Assembly (NCBI GenBank): GCA_965222375.1
Contig: CBDCTZ010000015.1
Location: 1,440,001 to 1,504,000, forward strand
Source: Polyangiaceae bacterium
GTDB taxonomy: Bacteria; Myxococcota_A; Polyangia; Polyangiales; Polyangiaceae
Reading direction: 5' to 3'
Length of the DNA: 64,000 nt
Shown: positions 50,210 through 60,224 of the stretch, in pieces
How the letters are laid out: the number at the start of each line of letters is the position of its first letter
How positions within the stretch are numbered: the stretch's first letter is position 1
The notes under the pieces: generated by a model
Seen by the model: the letters and a program-made list of their open reading frames with translations, nothing else
The model's database searches: none
What the model was told of the DNA's origin: nothing
Made by a program: the position numbers and the translations under genes

Positions 50210-52660
50210 TCATTGTCTGCGGACGCGGCCGCAGGAGCCCCGGGCGCGCAGAGTTGCCTCGGCGGCAGCCCGGGCGGTGTGGCTCGCAGACTTCTTGAGG
50301 AGCGGGCTCAGCCGGTCCGCGAGGTCCGGTGGGCGGATGCGACTCAGTGCGCCCAGCGCCATGGTGCTGACGCCCCGTTCTTCTGCGGGCAGCATCGGGT
50401 CCGAAAGCTTGCGAGCGGACTTGGTCAACAGCTCGACGGCCCCCCTGTCACACATGAGGCCAAGGGCTTCTGCGGCGCGTGCGCGAACTTCCGCGTGTTC
50501 GTCTTCCGCGAGGAGACGCTCACGCACTTTCGGCGCCTGGCTCAGAGCGCGGCGCTTGCCCAACGCGGTCAGCACCGGGCCGCGCACGTGGCGAGACTTG
50601 TCTTCGACGGCATCACCGAGGACGCGGTCCACCGTGGGCGCCCTCTTGTGATGCGCCAAGGCGTTGGCGGCAGCCGCGCGCACGATCGGCCACGGGTCCT
50701 GCTGCAATCGGGCAACGAGGGGTGTCGCTGCAAAGCTGCCGCTACGTTTCGCCAATGCACCCGCAGCGGCCTCGCGCACACGAACCTCTGGATCGCGCAA
50801 GGCAGCAACGAGCTCTTTTTGAAATAGCGCGGGCCGCTCGATGACCTCTGCGGCGCGGGTGCGCACGTAGCCGCTGCGGTCCCCAGTCAACGCTTGGGAC
50901 ACCAAGCCTCGTGCACCGGAGTCCCTAGAAGCCAGGCGCCCGGCGGGCTCCAACCGCAAATAGCGGAGTCGAAACTGGGCCTGATGGGTCGAGATCCGCT
51001 GCATGGCCTTGATCGCCGGCGCTCCGTGAGCCCGGACCCGCGGGCCTAGGGCGCGAAGCAATTCCAAGGTTTCCGCATTCGAGAGCGATGTGTCCAGGAG
51101 CACTTTGGCGACTGCGCGGCGTGCGCGTCGGCTCGATGCAGCGCGCCCCAAGGCCACGCGAAGGGCCTGGCGCTCTTTCGCCTTCGCATGTTTCAAGCGT
51201 GGAACGAGCACGCTGATGGCCTGTGCCGGCGCGACCTCTGCCAAGGCGGCGGAGAGGATCCGCACTCGGCGCGGGTCCCGATTCAGGGCCCGCACGATGG
51301 CGTTCTTCGCCTCTGCAGGGCAGCGCGGCAAGCGCGTGCTAGCGTGCACCCGTTGGGGGGCAGAGTTACCCAAGAGCGCAGCGACGTAGACGGGTGCGCT
51401 TCGGTTGCAGGGGGCATGATCGATGACTTCGAGAGCCATGCGTCGCCCACCTTCGTCTAGCGTGGCAAAGGCTTTGGTCACCGCTCGGAACGCGGGCTCG
51501 CCGAGCAAAGTCAGCGCCGCTGCTGCCGTCTTCGACCGTTCCTTGCCGCCAGCCAGGGCGCCCACCAGTCCATCGATACTCTGTGCGTCCACATGGGTCC
51601 GTGCCGACAGCTCGGCCAAGGTGACCTTGGAGGCTTTGTTTGCCGAGTAGGCCGTGTCGAGGACGAGCGCGACGCACGCCGTGCGAACCGCATTGGGCAA
51701 GTTGACCTGATAGCGGCTGCCGGGCTTCTGCCAGGCGTCCTCCTGCAGGCCTACGCGAAACAGCTGCTTGTCGGTCGCGAGGAAGAACGAACGCGGAGCC
51801 GCACCGCCGGGCACGTCCAGCTTCAATGGGCGAACCACGAACTCGAAGCCCGAAATGGGCAGCTCGTGGGGCGCTGCCATGATCACCAGCTCGCCGCGGC
51901 CGTCACCGCCTCGGTTCTCGGACCAGACCGTCTCGGGGTTGCCGTCGGTGAGAGCCCGAGGGTCGCCCACTGCGCTCGACGCGCCCCGGGCCCGCAGCAT
52001 GGGCAAACCGAGAGGCTCGCCGGTTGAAGGCGTCGCTGTGAGGGAGGTGGCTGCATCTCGTTCATGCGGAGGCAGACGCTGCACCCGAGCGGGCTTCAGC
52101 TTCAGGTCCTTGTTGGAAAGCAGCTTGGGCGCCAGGATCGTCGGCCGCCGACACAACGAGAAGTCCTCACGCTGCTCTCCGACGACAATCGTACGCGTAC
52201 CGTCTGCACGAGCGGGGCTGATCTGCACCATCGCGCCGTTGCGCTCGCCCCACTCCCCGCGCACCCAACCGGTTTCGCCCTGAAACACGGTAACCACCTT
52301 GCCCGCGCCGATTGGAGCCGCGAAGACGCCCTTCCAAGCGCGGTCTGACGTGGGACCGGGGAGCGTGACCAGAATCGCTCGGCGACGGTTGCCGATGGGC
52401 ACGACGGTGAGCGTGGATTTCGCAGCACGCGCCAGGTAGTCGGCGGGAACTGCAACGATCTCTCCGCCACGCAGATCGCACTTTCGCGCTCGGCACACCT
52501 TCGTGCGCAGCTTTCCGGCAGCGTCGAAGCCCACCGCTAGGGACTGCTGACCCGCCCGAGCGGGGGCAACTGCGAACACGGGCTTTGCCGCCGCCGCCGC
52601 CAAAGGCGAAAAGCAGGTGGCAACGAGAAGCGTCGTCAGGGTGCTGGACAGTCGGCGCAC
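50210..52660 (-). CDS. Exported HEAT-repeat protein with discoidin-like middle domain
   Basis: Signal peptide; LTDGNPETVWSE; C-terminal LxDP..xVRxAAAxAL repeats. Confidence 0.8.
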   Translation of the reverse strand: MRRLSSTLTTLLVATCFSPLAAAAAKPVFAVAPARAGQQSLAVGFDAAGKLRTKVCRARKCDLRGGEIVAVPADYLARAAKSTLTVVPIGNRRRAILVTLPGPTSDRAWKGVFAAPIGAGKVVTVFQGETGWVRGEWGERNGAMVQISPARADGTRTIVVGEQREDFSLCRRPTILAPKLLSNKDLKLKPARVQRLPPHERDAATSLTATPSTGEPLGLPMLRARGASSAVGDPRALTDGNPETVWSENRGGDGRGELVIMAAPHELPISGFEFVVRPLKLDVPGGAAPRSFFLATDKQLFRVGLQEDAWQKPGSRYQVNLPNAVRTACVALVLDTAYSANKASKVTLAELSARTHVDAQSIDGLVGALAGGKERSKTAAAALTLLGEPAFRAVTKAFATLDEGGRRMALEVIDHAPCNRSAPVYVAALLGNSAPQRVHASTRLPRCPAEAKNAIVRALNRDPRRVRILSAALAEVAPAQAISVLVPRLKHAKAKERQALRVALGRAASSRRARRAVAKVLLDTSLSNAETLELLRALGPRVRAHGAPAIKAMQRISTHQAQFRLRYLRLEPAGRLASRDSGARGLVSQALTGDRSGYVRTRAAEVIERPALFQKELVAALRDPEVRVREAAAGALAKRSGSFAATPLVARLQQDPWPIVRAAAANALAHHKRAPTVDRVLGDAVEDKSRHVRGPVLTALGKRRALSQAPKVRERLLAEDEHAEVRARAAEALGLMCDRGAVELLTKSARKLSDPMLPAEERGVSTMALGALSRIRPPDLADRLSPLLKKSASHTARAAAEATLRARGSCGRVRRQ

Positions 52661-52672
52661 GCCCGGATGCTG

Positions 52673-53575
52673 TCAGCCGTCAGCGGGAAGCGCCAGCTTT
52701 CTCGACCACAAGAAGGCATCAGCGCGTTTCTTGCCCCGGACAAGGTGGCGCGAAAGCACACCGGTCTTGCGGAAGCCGTTGGCCAGAAAGATCTTGCCCA
52801 TCTCCAGGTCATCGGTGGCACCCAGGGCGAAGCAGCCCACGATGCCGCGCTCGAAGAGCTCGTCCGTGAGCTTGCGCAGGGCAGACATGATGAGACGGGT
52901 TTCCTTGTCCGTGCGCGGCCCGGTTAGCAGCTCGAGAAACGCGTTGTTGAAACAGGGCTGGGTTTCGACGGAGGCCAGGAGGGAAAACCCGCCCCGCGCA
53001 GTGCAAGTGAAGTTCAGGCGCTCCACATCGCGCCCGAAGGCTTCGAAATTCGTGAGCGCGCGGCCCTGGCGAGCTGCGGCCGCACGGGCTTTGACGACGT
53101 CCGCAGGCCGCGCCAGCTGCACCTTCACGGGCGGGAGGGACTCGGTGTCCATCTCCTTCCAGTGGCGGCGAATTCGCTGGTACAGGCGCTCGGCATCGGC
53201 ACCATCCGAGTTGTCGCTGAACGCGGGGCGCAGGCCCGACTTTTCTTCTTCGTCGTCGTCCGCCCCAATGACATCGGCGCCAAGGATGAAGGCGTCGCTC
53301 CGCTTGTAGAAGCCGGGGATGCTGCCCTCACGGCGGAAGCCGAGTCGGGACCACGTTGAGCACTCGTCGCGCTCGACAAGGATAAACACTCGTTCGACCC
53401 CCTCTCGCCGGGCCAAGGACATCACAAACACCCGCTTGGCGGGGTGTGGCCCCGAGCGGAAGTCGATGATTCTCATCGTCTTTTCGCTGCGGTTGACCAA
53501 CAAGCACAGAGAAACTCCGTCGTTTTGGAAGAGGATCTCTCCCGATTCTTTGGTGTCCGCGACACGTGTAGCCAT
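52673..53575 (-). CDS. Tandem GNAT-like protein resembling beta-lysine N-acetyltransferase AblB
   Basis: LGFRREGSIPGFY..DAF and FLANGFRKTGVL..H...DAFLWSRKL motifs. Confidence 0.6.
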   Translation of the reverse strand: MATRVADTKESGEILFQNDGVSLCLLVNRSEKTMRIIDFRSGPHPAKRVFVMSLARREGVERVFILVERDECSTWSRLGFRREGSIPGFYKRSDAFILGADVIGADDDEEEKSGLRPAFSDNSDGADAERLYQRIRRHWKEMDTESLPPVKVQLARPADVVKARAAAARQGRALTNFEAFGRDVERLNFTCTARGGFSLLASVETQPCFNNAFLELLTGPRTDKETRLIMSALRKLTDELFERGIVGCFALGATDDLEMGKIFLANGFRKTGVLSRHLVRGKKRADAFLWSRKLALPADG

Positions 53576-53757
53576 CAGATATCCCGCGCCCGAAACCGTG
53601 TGGGCCCCACGGCGCTTCAGCCGTGTTTTCAATAGGTTAGGGCCAGCACCCTGCCGACCCGCGTTGCAGAAGTGAAAGGCCTCTAGCACGGGCCTGCAAA
53701 CCGGGCAACCGGCGCAGATCCCGGGGTTTTGCAGAGATGGGCAGCGTTTCCCGCGAG

Positions 53758-55362
53758 TTAGCTGCGATCGCTGATGTACAGCTTCAAGGTAGATGCCGCG
53801 GCATGACGGTCGAAGGGCACGTCCGCGAGCACGTCCCGCTTCGAGATGTCATCAAAAAGGCGCATCAAGAAGCTGTAGAAAGCCACACACTCGTCGATGG
53901 CTTCCTCCAACCGTTGCGGATCGACCAAGTCGGTATCCTCGAGTCGAGCCATGGCGCGGATGAACGCGTCGAAGCGCGGGTAGTCCGTCGAGCGGAGCAA
54001 TGGATAACCCATAGCGCGAAAGTATGAGAGGAACTCCCGTACGTACTGGAAGTTGTACACAGGCGCCCAGCGATCCTCGGCGGGCGAGTACTGGGCCTTG
54101 CTCGCGAAGGCGCGCACGATCTGAGCGAACATCCACACGTCTCGCCGCAGGCGCTCACTGGTCTCCCGCTGAGCCGCCTGATCGTCGAACACACCGCCCT
54201 CTTCCAAAGACACCCCGAGAGCCTTGCCCAGGAACAGAATCGCGTTGCGCAACGCGGGCCGCAGGTTGGCGTTGGCTCGCACCAGAGCCGCCCGCAGCTC
54301 TGGATCCGACGGGGCCGCCGAGGGGGCCGGCAGGTCATGTTGGAACAGCCGGCGAACCTCGAGCCGCAGGCTACCAGAGATCCCTTCCAGCGCGCTCTTG
54401 ATGCCCAAGAGTCGGTGACCCGCGAGGCGAAACTGCTGCGACTGCTCTCGAAGCATGGACGCGGGAGCCGACAAGAGGTCCCGCTCGAAGCTGTCTGCCA
54501 AGAGCGATCCAGACCATTGGCGCAAGTAGTCGCTCAGGGCGCGGGCATCCGAACGCAGCACCGAAAGCACGAGGTAGGCACGCCCCGCTGCGCGCCGGCG
54601 ACGAGCACCCACATCGGTGCTGATTCGGCTGAGTAGGCGCAGATAGCGGAGCATCCGAAACAACGCCAAGAAGGTCAGGGCGACCAGGCGGTGAGCGCTA
54701 TCCCCGGGCACACTGCGGATCAGGTCCAGGACCTGGCTCGAATGGATGCGGTCGAACTCCGGGCGGAATTCGAGAGCGGTCAGGGGGTTGAAGAAGGTGT
54801 TGTGGCTGACCTCGCGCTGCATGGTGCCAAGCAGCGCGTAGAACAGACGAAAAGGCACTCGAGAACTGCGCACCACGCCGTCCACGACTTCCCCGTTGGT
54901 GAATAGCGCCTGACGCAGAGCCACCAGACTCGCTTCTGGGTTTTCCTGGGAGCTGCCCTCGCGTGCCAATCGCGAGCGCAGGTTGTCCTCGGGCAGCACC
55001 GTCTCGAGGTAGCGATGGAAGACCAGGTTGCGATCGCGTTTTCCGAGCAGCTGCCGGGCGAGGGACAGTGCGCGTTGCATGCCGTCGCGGTACAGCAGGG
55101 TGGCTTGTCGGAAGTCGACGGCGACCACCGGCACTCGCCGTGGAGGGCCGGGGTGATTGCGAGGGTTCGAGAAACAAGCGCTGGCCTTGAGCAGGACCTC
55201 CAGCTCGAACAAGGTCTCTTCCTTGCTCTCGAGGGTCAACTGAGAGAACCAGGCGTCCCGGAGCGCTCGGTGCTCCTGGGCCAGGGCTCGTGTCTTGTCG
55301 AGAAGCTCGCTGTAGGGGTCCCGCCGCTCGAGCAGGTGGGGAGGAAGCGAAGGTGCGGCCAT
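53758..55362 (-). CDS. Hypothetical alpha-helical protein, translationally coupled to MMPL
   Basis: 534-aa ORF with strong GC3 bias; ATG overlaps the MMPL stop (TAATG). Confidence 0.85.
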   Translation of the reverse strand: MAAPSLPPHLLERRDPYSELLDKTRALAQEHRALRDAWFSQLTLESKEETLFELEVLLKASACFSNPRNHPGPPRRVPVVAVDFRQATLLYRDGMQRALSLARQLLGKRDRNLVFHRYLETVLPEDNLRSRLAREGSSQENPEASLVALRQALFTNGEVVDGVVRSSRVPFRLFYALLGTMQREVSHNTFFNPLTALEFRPEFDRIHSSQVLDLIRSVPGDSAHRLVALTFLALFRMLRYLRLLSRISTDVGARRRRAAGRAYLVLSVLRSDARALSDYLRQWSGSLLADSFERDLLSAPASMLREQSQQFRLAGHRLLGIKSALEGISGSLRLEVRRLFQHDLPAPSAAPSDPELRAALVRANANLRPALRNAILFLGKALGVSLEEGGVFDDQAAQRETSERLRRDVWMFAQIVRAFASKAQYSPAEDRWAPVYNFQYVREFLSYFRAMGYPLLRSTDYPRFDAFIRAMARLEDTDLVDPQRLEEAIDECVAFYSFLMRLFDDISKRDVLADVPFDRHAAASTLKLYISDRS

Positions 55363-57992
55363 TACTCTCGGGCAATACTCGCCAAGCTACGGCGACCCAC
55401 CGACGAGGGCGACATCGTGAGCCCCTTGCGTTTGGCGCGCCAAAATAGAATCGCCGGCAGGATCAACACGGCCGCCAGCACTGTGGTGACTTCGCCGATG
55501 GCCGCAGCCAAGCCAAAGCTCTGAACCGCTCGGTTGATGCTGAGCAGAAGGGCCAAGTAGCCCAAGGTGGTGGTCAGAGAACACAGCACTACTGCACCGC
55601 CGGTTTGAACCAAGACGCTGTACAGGACTTCATCGCCCTCGAGCTGGCGTCTCTTCATGACATTGATGGCGTAGTCCGCGCCTACGCCAATGCTGATAGG
55701 CAGCGCCACGAAGTTCAGGAAGTTCAGACGGATGTCCCGAAGGGCCAGGAACGCCACCAGCCACACCACTCCCATGGCCAGGGCCATCAATGCGAGCCAA
55801 CCGCTGCTCTTGCCTCGAAAAGCGAACACGATCACCAAGAAGGTCCCGAGCAGACTGAGCAAGATCGCCTTGGGAGCGTCTTCGCCAACGTTGATCAACA
55901 TGTCCGCGAAAATGACCGGATCGCCCGAGCCGCGAATAACTTCCCCGCTCGGCAACTTCACTTCGCGAAAGCTATCCGCCCAGTCGAGCAAGTAGTGGGC
56001 ATCGTACACGCTGCGCCCCTTGGTGGGCACGATGAACACGATGTTTCCGCGGCGCCCGTCCTTTTCCGTGAAGGGGCGGGCGACGAGCTCTGGTAGATCC
56101 TCGATTCCGACCTTTTCGAGCTTGGAGGGTATGTGTTCCTCGAGCTTCTTCCAGTCCTCGGCTGAGATGAAGCCGCGCTTCTTGGCGTTCTTGAGGCGCT
56201 CGTCGATCTCGCCCAGCAGCTTCAGCTTCTCGTCCTGCTGTTGCGGAATGATGTCGAAGATGCTGACGACTCGGTCGAAGGGACGACGGTCTTTGGGCGC
56301 GGCGTCCCGCCGCTTCTCGAGCTCTTTGACGAGGGGCTGCACCTGGTCGAGGCGATCCGTCAGGATCGCGCGGCCATCTTGACCCAGGCGACCGACGATC
56401 TTGTCGACCCGTAGCGACAGCCGCCCCGCCGACGTTGGCGACAGCCGCTCGTTGCGTACGTTGGCCAAGTCGTACTCCATCGGATCTTGGACGAAGTACC
56501 TCACCGTCAGTGCCGTGGCTCCGACCCCCAGCGCCACGCCAACGACGGCCAAGATGCGTGGCCACTTCCGAGCCGCCATGGCGAAGGGGTAGCCGTACAT
56601 TCCCTTCATGCGGCTACGCCAGCTCGGCTCCTTGCCAGTGAACATCGGCGAATAGCGCTCGCTCAGCACCAGGATGGCCGGCAAAAACGTGTAAGTCGCC
56701 ACCCAACACAGGATCATGCCCGCGCCGCCGATGATCCCGAAGTGCTTGAAGCCCTTGAAGTCCGTGGCCGCGAGGGACCCATAGGCGATCATGGCAGCGC
56801 CAGCTGCAGCCAACGTCGCCGTATGGGTGTCCCGATGCGCCACGCGTACTGCGGTAGCCGGATCGAGCCCCTCGTCGCGCCTCGCTTCCAAGAAGCGCGC
56901 CATGAAGATGATCCCGAAATTGATCCCGTTGCCCGCGATGATGCTGACCAGAAAACCCGTGGCCGTATTGAGGTAGCCCACGGTCAACTCGGCAGTGCCG
57001 AACGCCCAGACGCAGCCGACGAGAATCGTGGCGCCCATGGCCAGTAGCGTGCGAAAGCGCATGAAGAACAACAGCACCACGCCGAGGATGAGCCCCACGC
57101 CCCAAGCGCCCACGTGGGCCAGGTCGTTCTTGACGGCGCTGTGTTGCTCCGCGCTCGTGATCAGATTGCCGGTGTAGCCAAATTCGAGATCCAGCCCGAG
57201 AGCTTTTTCCTCCTCGTCAACGATCTTCTGAATCGTATCGCGAAGCTCGAAGGCCTTGGCATCGCCGCTGCCCAGGGGCGTGCGGACCAGCATCGCCGCC
57301 AGCTTGCCGTCTTCACCGATGTAGTAACCGTCGACGCCCTTGCTCTTCTTCTTCGCCTCGTCGACCTTCTTCTGAAACCGCTTCTTCAACGACTCGGCGG
57401 TGATCTCGGGCGGCGCGTCGTCGTCTTCCGTGATCCCCAGATCGAAACCGGCCTCCTTGCCGACCTCGTAGTCGTAGCGAGCGATCACATCGCCGTGGAG
57501 CTTCTTCAGGTCCTCGAGATCCGCATACAGATGCTTGTTCTGCTTGAAGAACTTCTGGACCTCGCGGGTGCCGTCATCCACAGAGGCCACGTAGTCGGAC
57601 CCCAGCTTGCGAATTCGGGGCGAAACTCGGTCGACGAACTTCTTGAGCCCCTCTTCGTTGGCTTGGGCAGAGGTGGCAACGACCGTGAGTGTGGACGAAC
57701 CGGCGAGGCGCTCGTTCACACGGTGCAGCTCAATCACACTGGCCTTATTGGAGGGCAGCAGTTCGCTGAAAGCCGTCTTCAGCTGTAGGCGCGAAGCAGC
57801 AAAAGCCGCAGGAAGCAGGCTCAGCACGACCACCAGCACCACGATCCAAGGCCGGCGGGTCTGCCAATCCGCGAGAAACTTCAGAATTGGCTCGAGGGGT
57901 CGCCGACGCATCATCACGATCGGCGACTGCACCTCCTGTGCCACCTCGGGCAGAGAAGCGTGGGAACCGCGGCGGTCCGGCTTCTTACTCAC
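55362..57992 (-). CDS. MMPL/RND family transporter
   Basis: Two repeats of 1+5 TM helices with large loops; GNGINFG and GVGADY motifs; SLTTTLGY. Confidence 0.92.
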   Translation of the reverse strand: MSKKPDRRGSHASLPEVAQEVQSPIVMMRRRPLEPILKFLADWQTRRPWIVVLVVVLSLLPAAFAASRLQLKTAFSELLPSNKASVIELHRVNERLAGSSTLTVVATSAQANEEGLKKFVDRVSPRIRKLGSDYVASVDDGTREVQKFFKQNKHLYADLEDLKKLHGDVIARYDYEVGKEAGFDLGITEDDDAPPEITAESLKKRFQKKVDEAKKKSKGVDGYYIGEDGKLAAMLVRTPLGSGDAKAFELRDTIQKIVDEEEKALGLDLEFGYTGNLITSAEQHSAVKNDLAHVGAWGVGLILGVVLLFFMRFRTLLAMGATILVGCVWAFGTAELTVGYLNTATGFLVSIIAGNGINFGIIFMARFLEARRDEGLDPATAVRVAHRDTHTATLAAAGAAMIAYGSLAATDFKGFKHFGIIGGAGMILCWVATYTFLPAILVLSERYSPMFTGKEPSWRSRMKGMYGYPFAMAARKWPRILAVVGVALGVGATALTVRYFVQDPMEYDLANVRNERLSPTSAGRLSLRVDKIVGRLGQDGRAILTDRLDQVQPLVKELEKRRDAAPKDRRPFDRVVSIFDIIPQQQDEKLKLLGEIDERLKNAKKRGFISAEDWKKLEEHIPSKLEKVGIEDLPELVARPFTEKDGRRGNIVFIVPTKGRSVYDAHYLLDWADSFREVKLPSGEVIRGSGDPVIFADMLINVGEDAPKAILLSLLGTFLVIVFAFRGKSSGWLALMALAMGVVWLVAFLALRDIRLNFLNFVALPISIGVGADYAINVMKRRQLEGDEVLYSVLVQTGGAVVLCSLTTTLGYLALLLSINRAVQSFGLAAAIGEVTTVLAAVLILPAILFWRAKRKGLTMSPSSVGRRSLASIARE

Positions 57993-58031
57993 CCCTCGCG
58001 CTCACGATCATCTGGCCGAGCCCGTGCGCCG

Positions 58032-58565
58032 TCACGGCTTGAAATTGAACGGATAGTTCACCGTCGTCTCCATGCCACGAGACGATGGGGGGAACTTGAG
58101 CTTCTTGAGCTCGGCCAGCGCGCAGTCCACCACGGCGGGGGACTTCAGGTCGCTGCGCTCTTGATTGAGCTCCGCGCTCTTGACCTTGCCCTCCGGGTCC
58201 AGGGTGAACTTCAGAGTCATCGTGCCCTGCAAGGTCGGCAAATCCTTCTTGGCCTTTTCGTAGCAATCCCGAAACGGCTTGCGGCCGTTCACGACGGTCT
58301 TCTGGATCAACTCGGTGGTGCGGGTCTCGCCGTCACCGTCTCCGCCGCCAGATTCCGTCGGGGACTCGTCGCCGCCGCTGGGTTCCATCGGGGTCTCTTC
58401 GGAGGACTCGGCCGGAGCTTCGGGCTCGGTTTGCTCCATCCCGGCGGCCACGTCGCTACCGCCCGCCGGGGCGTTTGGCGGCTTGCTAGGGCCGCAACCA
58501 GCAAAGCTGAAACCAATCACGAGCAGGGCGCCAGTAATACCTTGGGCAAGTCCGCAGGCTTTCAT
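58032..58565 (-). CDS. AgmX/PglI C-terminal (TonB-C-like) domain lipoprotein
   Basis: FAGC lipobox; FRDCYE...LQGTMTLKFTLDPEGKV...VVDC...FP...VNYPFNF. Confidence 0.85.
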   Translation of the reverse strand: MKACGLAQGITGALLVIGFSFAGCGPSKPPNAPAGGSDVAAGMEQTEPEAPAESSEETPMEPSGGDESPTESGGGDGDGETRTTELIQKTVVNGRKPFRDCYEKAKKDLPTLQGTMTLKFTLDPEGKVKSAELNQERSDLKSPAVVDCALAELKKLKFPPSSRGMETTVNYPFNFKP

Positions 58566-58949
58566 GGGGCGGCATCATAGCCGACGTCAGCGGCCGTGCG
58601 GGCTTTCCTTACAGGCGCCGCTAGAAACGGCTCCCCCCTCGGAATAGGGGCGTTTCTAGGCCAGATGGCTCTTGGCGGTGGTGCTGCAGCGGGGGCTTGC
58701 GTGGACGTTTGATCAGGCGCATGTCGGCCCCAGCGGGTCCGGCGAATGCCGCGGATCTACTGGCAGACCCGCGGCATTGACACCGATGTCCCTTTTGCCA
58801 TGGCGCCAGTTTCGCAAGAGGTGCGTACTGCATATCGCCCGTGTAGCCGCGATCCATCCCGCATTCAGCCTCGAGCTCCGGCGCCGTGAGACTGCCGGAA
58901 ACAAAAGAGAACAAAGAAAATTCCGTTCCCGTTTTCAGCGTGCACAGTG

Positions 58950-59060
58950 CGCCGGATAGTTCGGGGTCGGCGTAGAACGTACTGTCCGCCGGATAGTTCG
59001 GGGTCGGCGTAGAACGTACTGTCCGCCAGATAGTTCGGGGTCGGCGTAGAACGTACTGTC
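58950..59060. repeat. 3 x 37-bp head-to-tail tandem repeat, non-coding
   Basis: CGCCGGATAGTTCGGGGTCGGCGTAGAACGTACTGTC at 58950, 58987, 59024 (one mismatch in copy 3); no spacers. Confidence 0.95.
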
Positions 59061-59627
59061 GTAAGTCGCGATGCAGCGACTCGCGCGTCGCTCACCTTCG
59101 GAGCCAGCGTGTGTCCTCTGGTCTGCAGAGGCGGAGCACGCAGCCGCCAAAGGCGGGATGCATACGAGACCACGCACCCGGACACCTGTCAAAGGCGCCG
59201 CGCACGCGTGCACGAGCCGGTCGTGTCAGAATCTAGACGTCAGTGTTCGCAATGAATTCGTCTAGTCTTCGGTTGCTGGTGGCATTGACTGGCGTGCTAT
59301 CCGTGTGGGACACAAGAGCTCAAGGCGTGGACGAGTACATCGCGGCACATGAAACGGGACAGCGCTCAGAACAGGACGAGGCGCGCACGCAGTTCAGCCT
59401 GTGGCGGAAGTCGTCCCGCCCCAACCTGACACGAGTACCGTGACGCTCGCGAGGCGCCAGGCAAACATCACCGTCGAAGCCGATCTGACACCTGTGCAAG
59501 GCGTCGAGCCCACGGAAATCACCGACGTCGTCGACGGTACCGGCAGCAACCTGGCTGCTCAGTGGCTTAGCAGTGCTAGGGTTAGCGGGGTTTGTAGGCT
59601 TTGGGCTTTCGGGCAACGGCAAGCAAG

Positions 59628-60224
59628 ATGAAGGACAACCACCGGATTGTCATGAGACTGCGCTGGACCATCCATGTCCCCATCGCCATTGGCGCCCTGT
59701 TGGCCGGCTGCACTCTGCTCGCACCTGAGCGCGACGACTTCTACGGTGGAGGCGGTAGCGCATCAGGCACAAGCGGCCAAGCCGGTCATGAAAGTGGAGG
59801 AGTGTCCGGGGGGGGATTCCCGGGGAGCGGCGGAGCTGCAGCGGGCGCCGGTGGCATTGCAACGGGTGGTGCTGACGCCGGCGGTACGGGTGGAACCGGC
59901 ACGGACGGGGGTGCCACAGGGGGAACTAGCGGAGCGGCAACCGGTGGAACCGGCACGGGAGGTGTCGCGACGGGCGGTACGGGAGGAGTGGTCACCGGCG
60001 GTACGGGTGGAACCGGTACGGGTGGAACCGGCACGGGAGGTGTCGCGACGGGCGGTACGGGCGGCCTTGGCTGCAAGAAGCTGAGCATCTCGTGTAATGA
60101 CAATTGCTGCGCTCCGTTGGAATGCTCCGCGACTAGCAAGAAGTGCTGCAGACCGACAGGATCGTGTTTGCAAGACGTTCATTGTTGCTCGGGCAACTGT
60201 GTCAGCAACAAATGCAAGAACTGA
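59628..60224 (+). CDS. Gly/Thr-rich lipoprotein with small Cys-rich C-terminus
   Basis: LAGC lipobox; GGTGT repeats; 12-Cys tail. Confidence 0.75.
   Translation: MKDNHRIVMRLRWTIHVPIAIGALLAGCTLLAPERDDFYGGGGSASGTSGQAGHESGGVSGGGFPGSGGAAAGAGGIATGGADAGGTGGTGTDGGATGGTSGAATGGTGTGGVATGGTGGVVTGGTGGTGTGGTGTGGVATGGTGGLGCKKLSISCNDNCCAPLECSATSKKCCRPTGSCLQDVHCCSGNCVSNKCKN

Noticed and set aside
58640..58915. Known ncRNA (SRP, RNase P, tmRNA, 6S) or tRNA
   Set aside because: No diagnostic conserved motifs recognised on either strand
58950..59060. CRISPR array (37-bp repeats)
   Set aside because: Units are head-to-tail with no spacers and there are no cas genes in the window
59860..60065. Non-coding repeat array
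   Set aside because: Codon-level repeats of a GGTGT linker within a lipoprotein
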